A stretch of 35,331 bases of DNA, taken from positions 38,114,710 to 38,150,040 of the forward strand of contig NC_068995.1 in assembly GCF_001194135.2 (NCBI RefSeq). Direction: 5' to 3'. The translations under genes and the position numbers were made by a program. Shown one piece after another: positions 35,321-35,331 of this stretch (position 1 is the stretch's first letter; the number at the start of each line of letters is the position of its first letter). This DNA is from Octopus bimaculoides. Taxonomy: Eukaryota. Below the pieces are notes generated by a model. The model had not been told where the DNA came from. It made no database searches and saw only the letters and a program-made list of their open reading frames with translations.

Positions 35321-35331
35321 CCCCCCCCCCC

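Noticed and set aside
35321-35331. Terminal poly-C run
   Set aside because: At the window edge and cannot be interpreted; may be an assembly artefact.

Overview
AT-rich eukaryotic DNA from a gapped short-read scaffold (nine N runs), dense in microsatellites and decayed transposable elements. The SINE families and repeat landscape look like octopus/cephalopod sequence; this is recognition from memory, not a database hit. I found no intact protein-coding gene, tRNA gene or CRISPR array. Recognisable coding remnants, all broken: an R4/Dong-like non-LTR reverse transcriptase (RT) and restriction-like endonuclease (REL), a Penelope-like element (linker plus GIY-YIG), three mariner transposase remnants, two CR1/Jockey-group LINE RT fragments and two Helitron RepHel fragments. 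The most interesting observation is a ~480-bp inverted repeat (10076-10557) whose two arms each carry the core of a minimal Penelope-type hammerhead ribozyme (CUGAAGA, long stem II with one compensatory pair, GAAAC-GGCC-GUH); stem I is not intact in either arm. Also notable: a fold-back mariner built from two 5' ends, a 5S rRNA-like fragment next to a SINE head, and an old 489-bp duplication with a conserved acceptor and short reading frame. Several short splice-flanked open segments may be exons of an unrecognised host gene, but I cannot distinguish them from chance. Boundaries of decayed elements are approximate.
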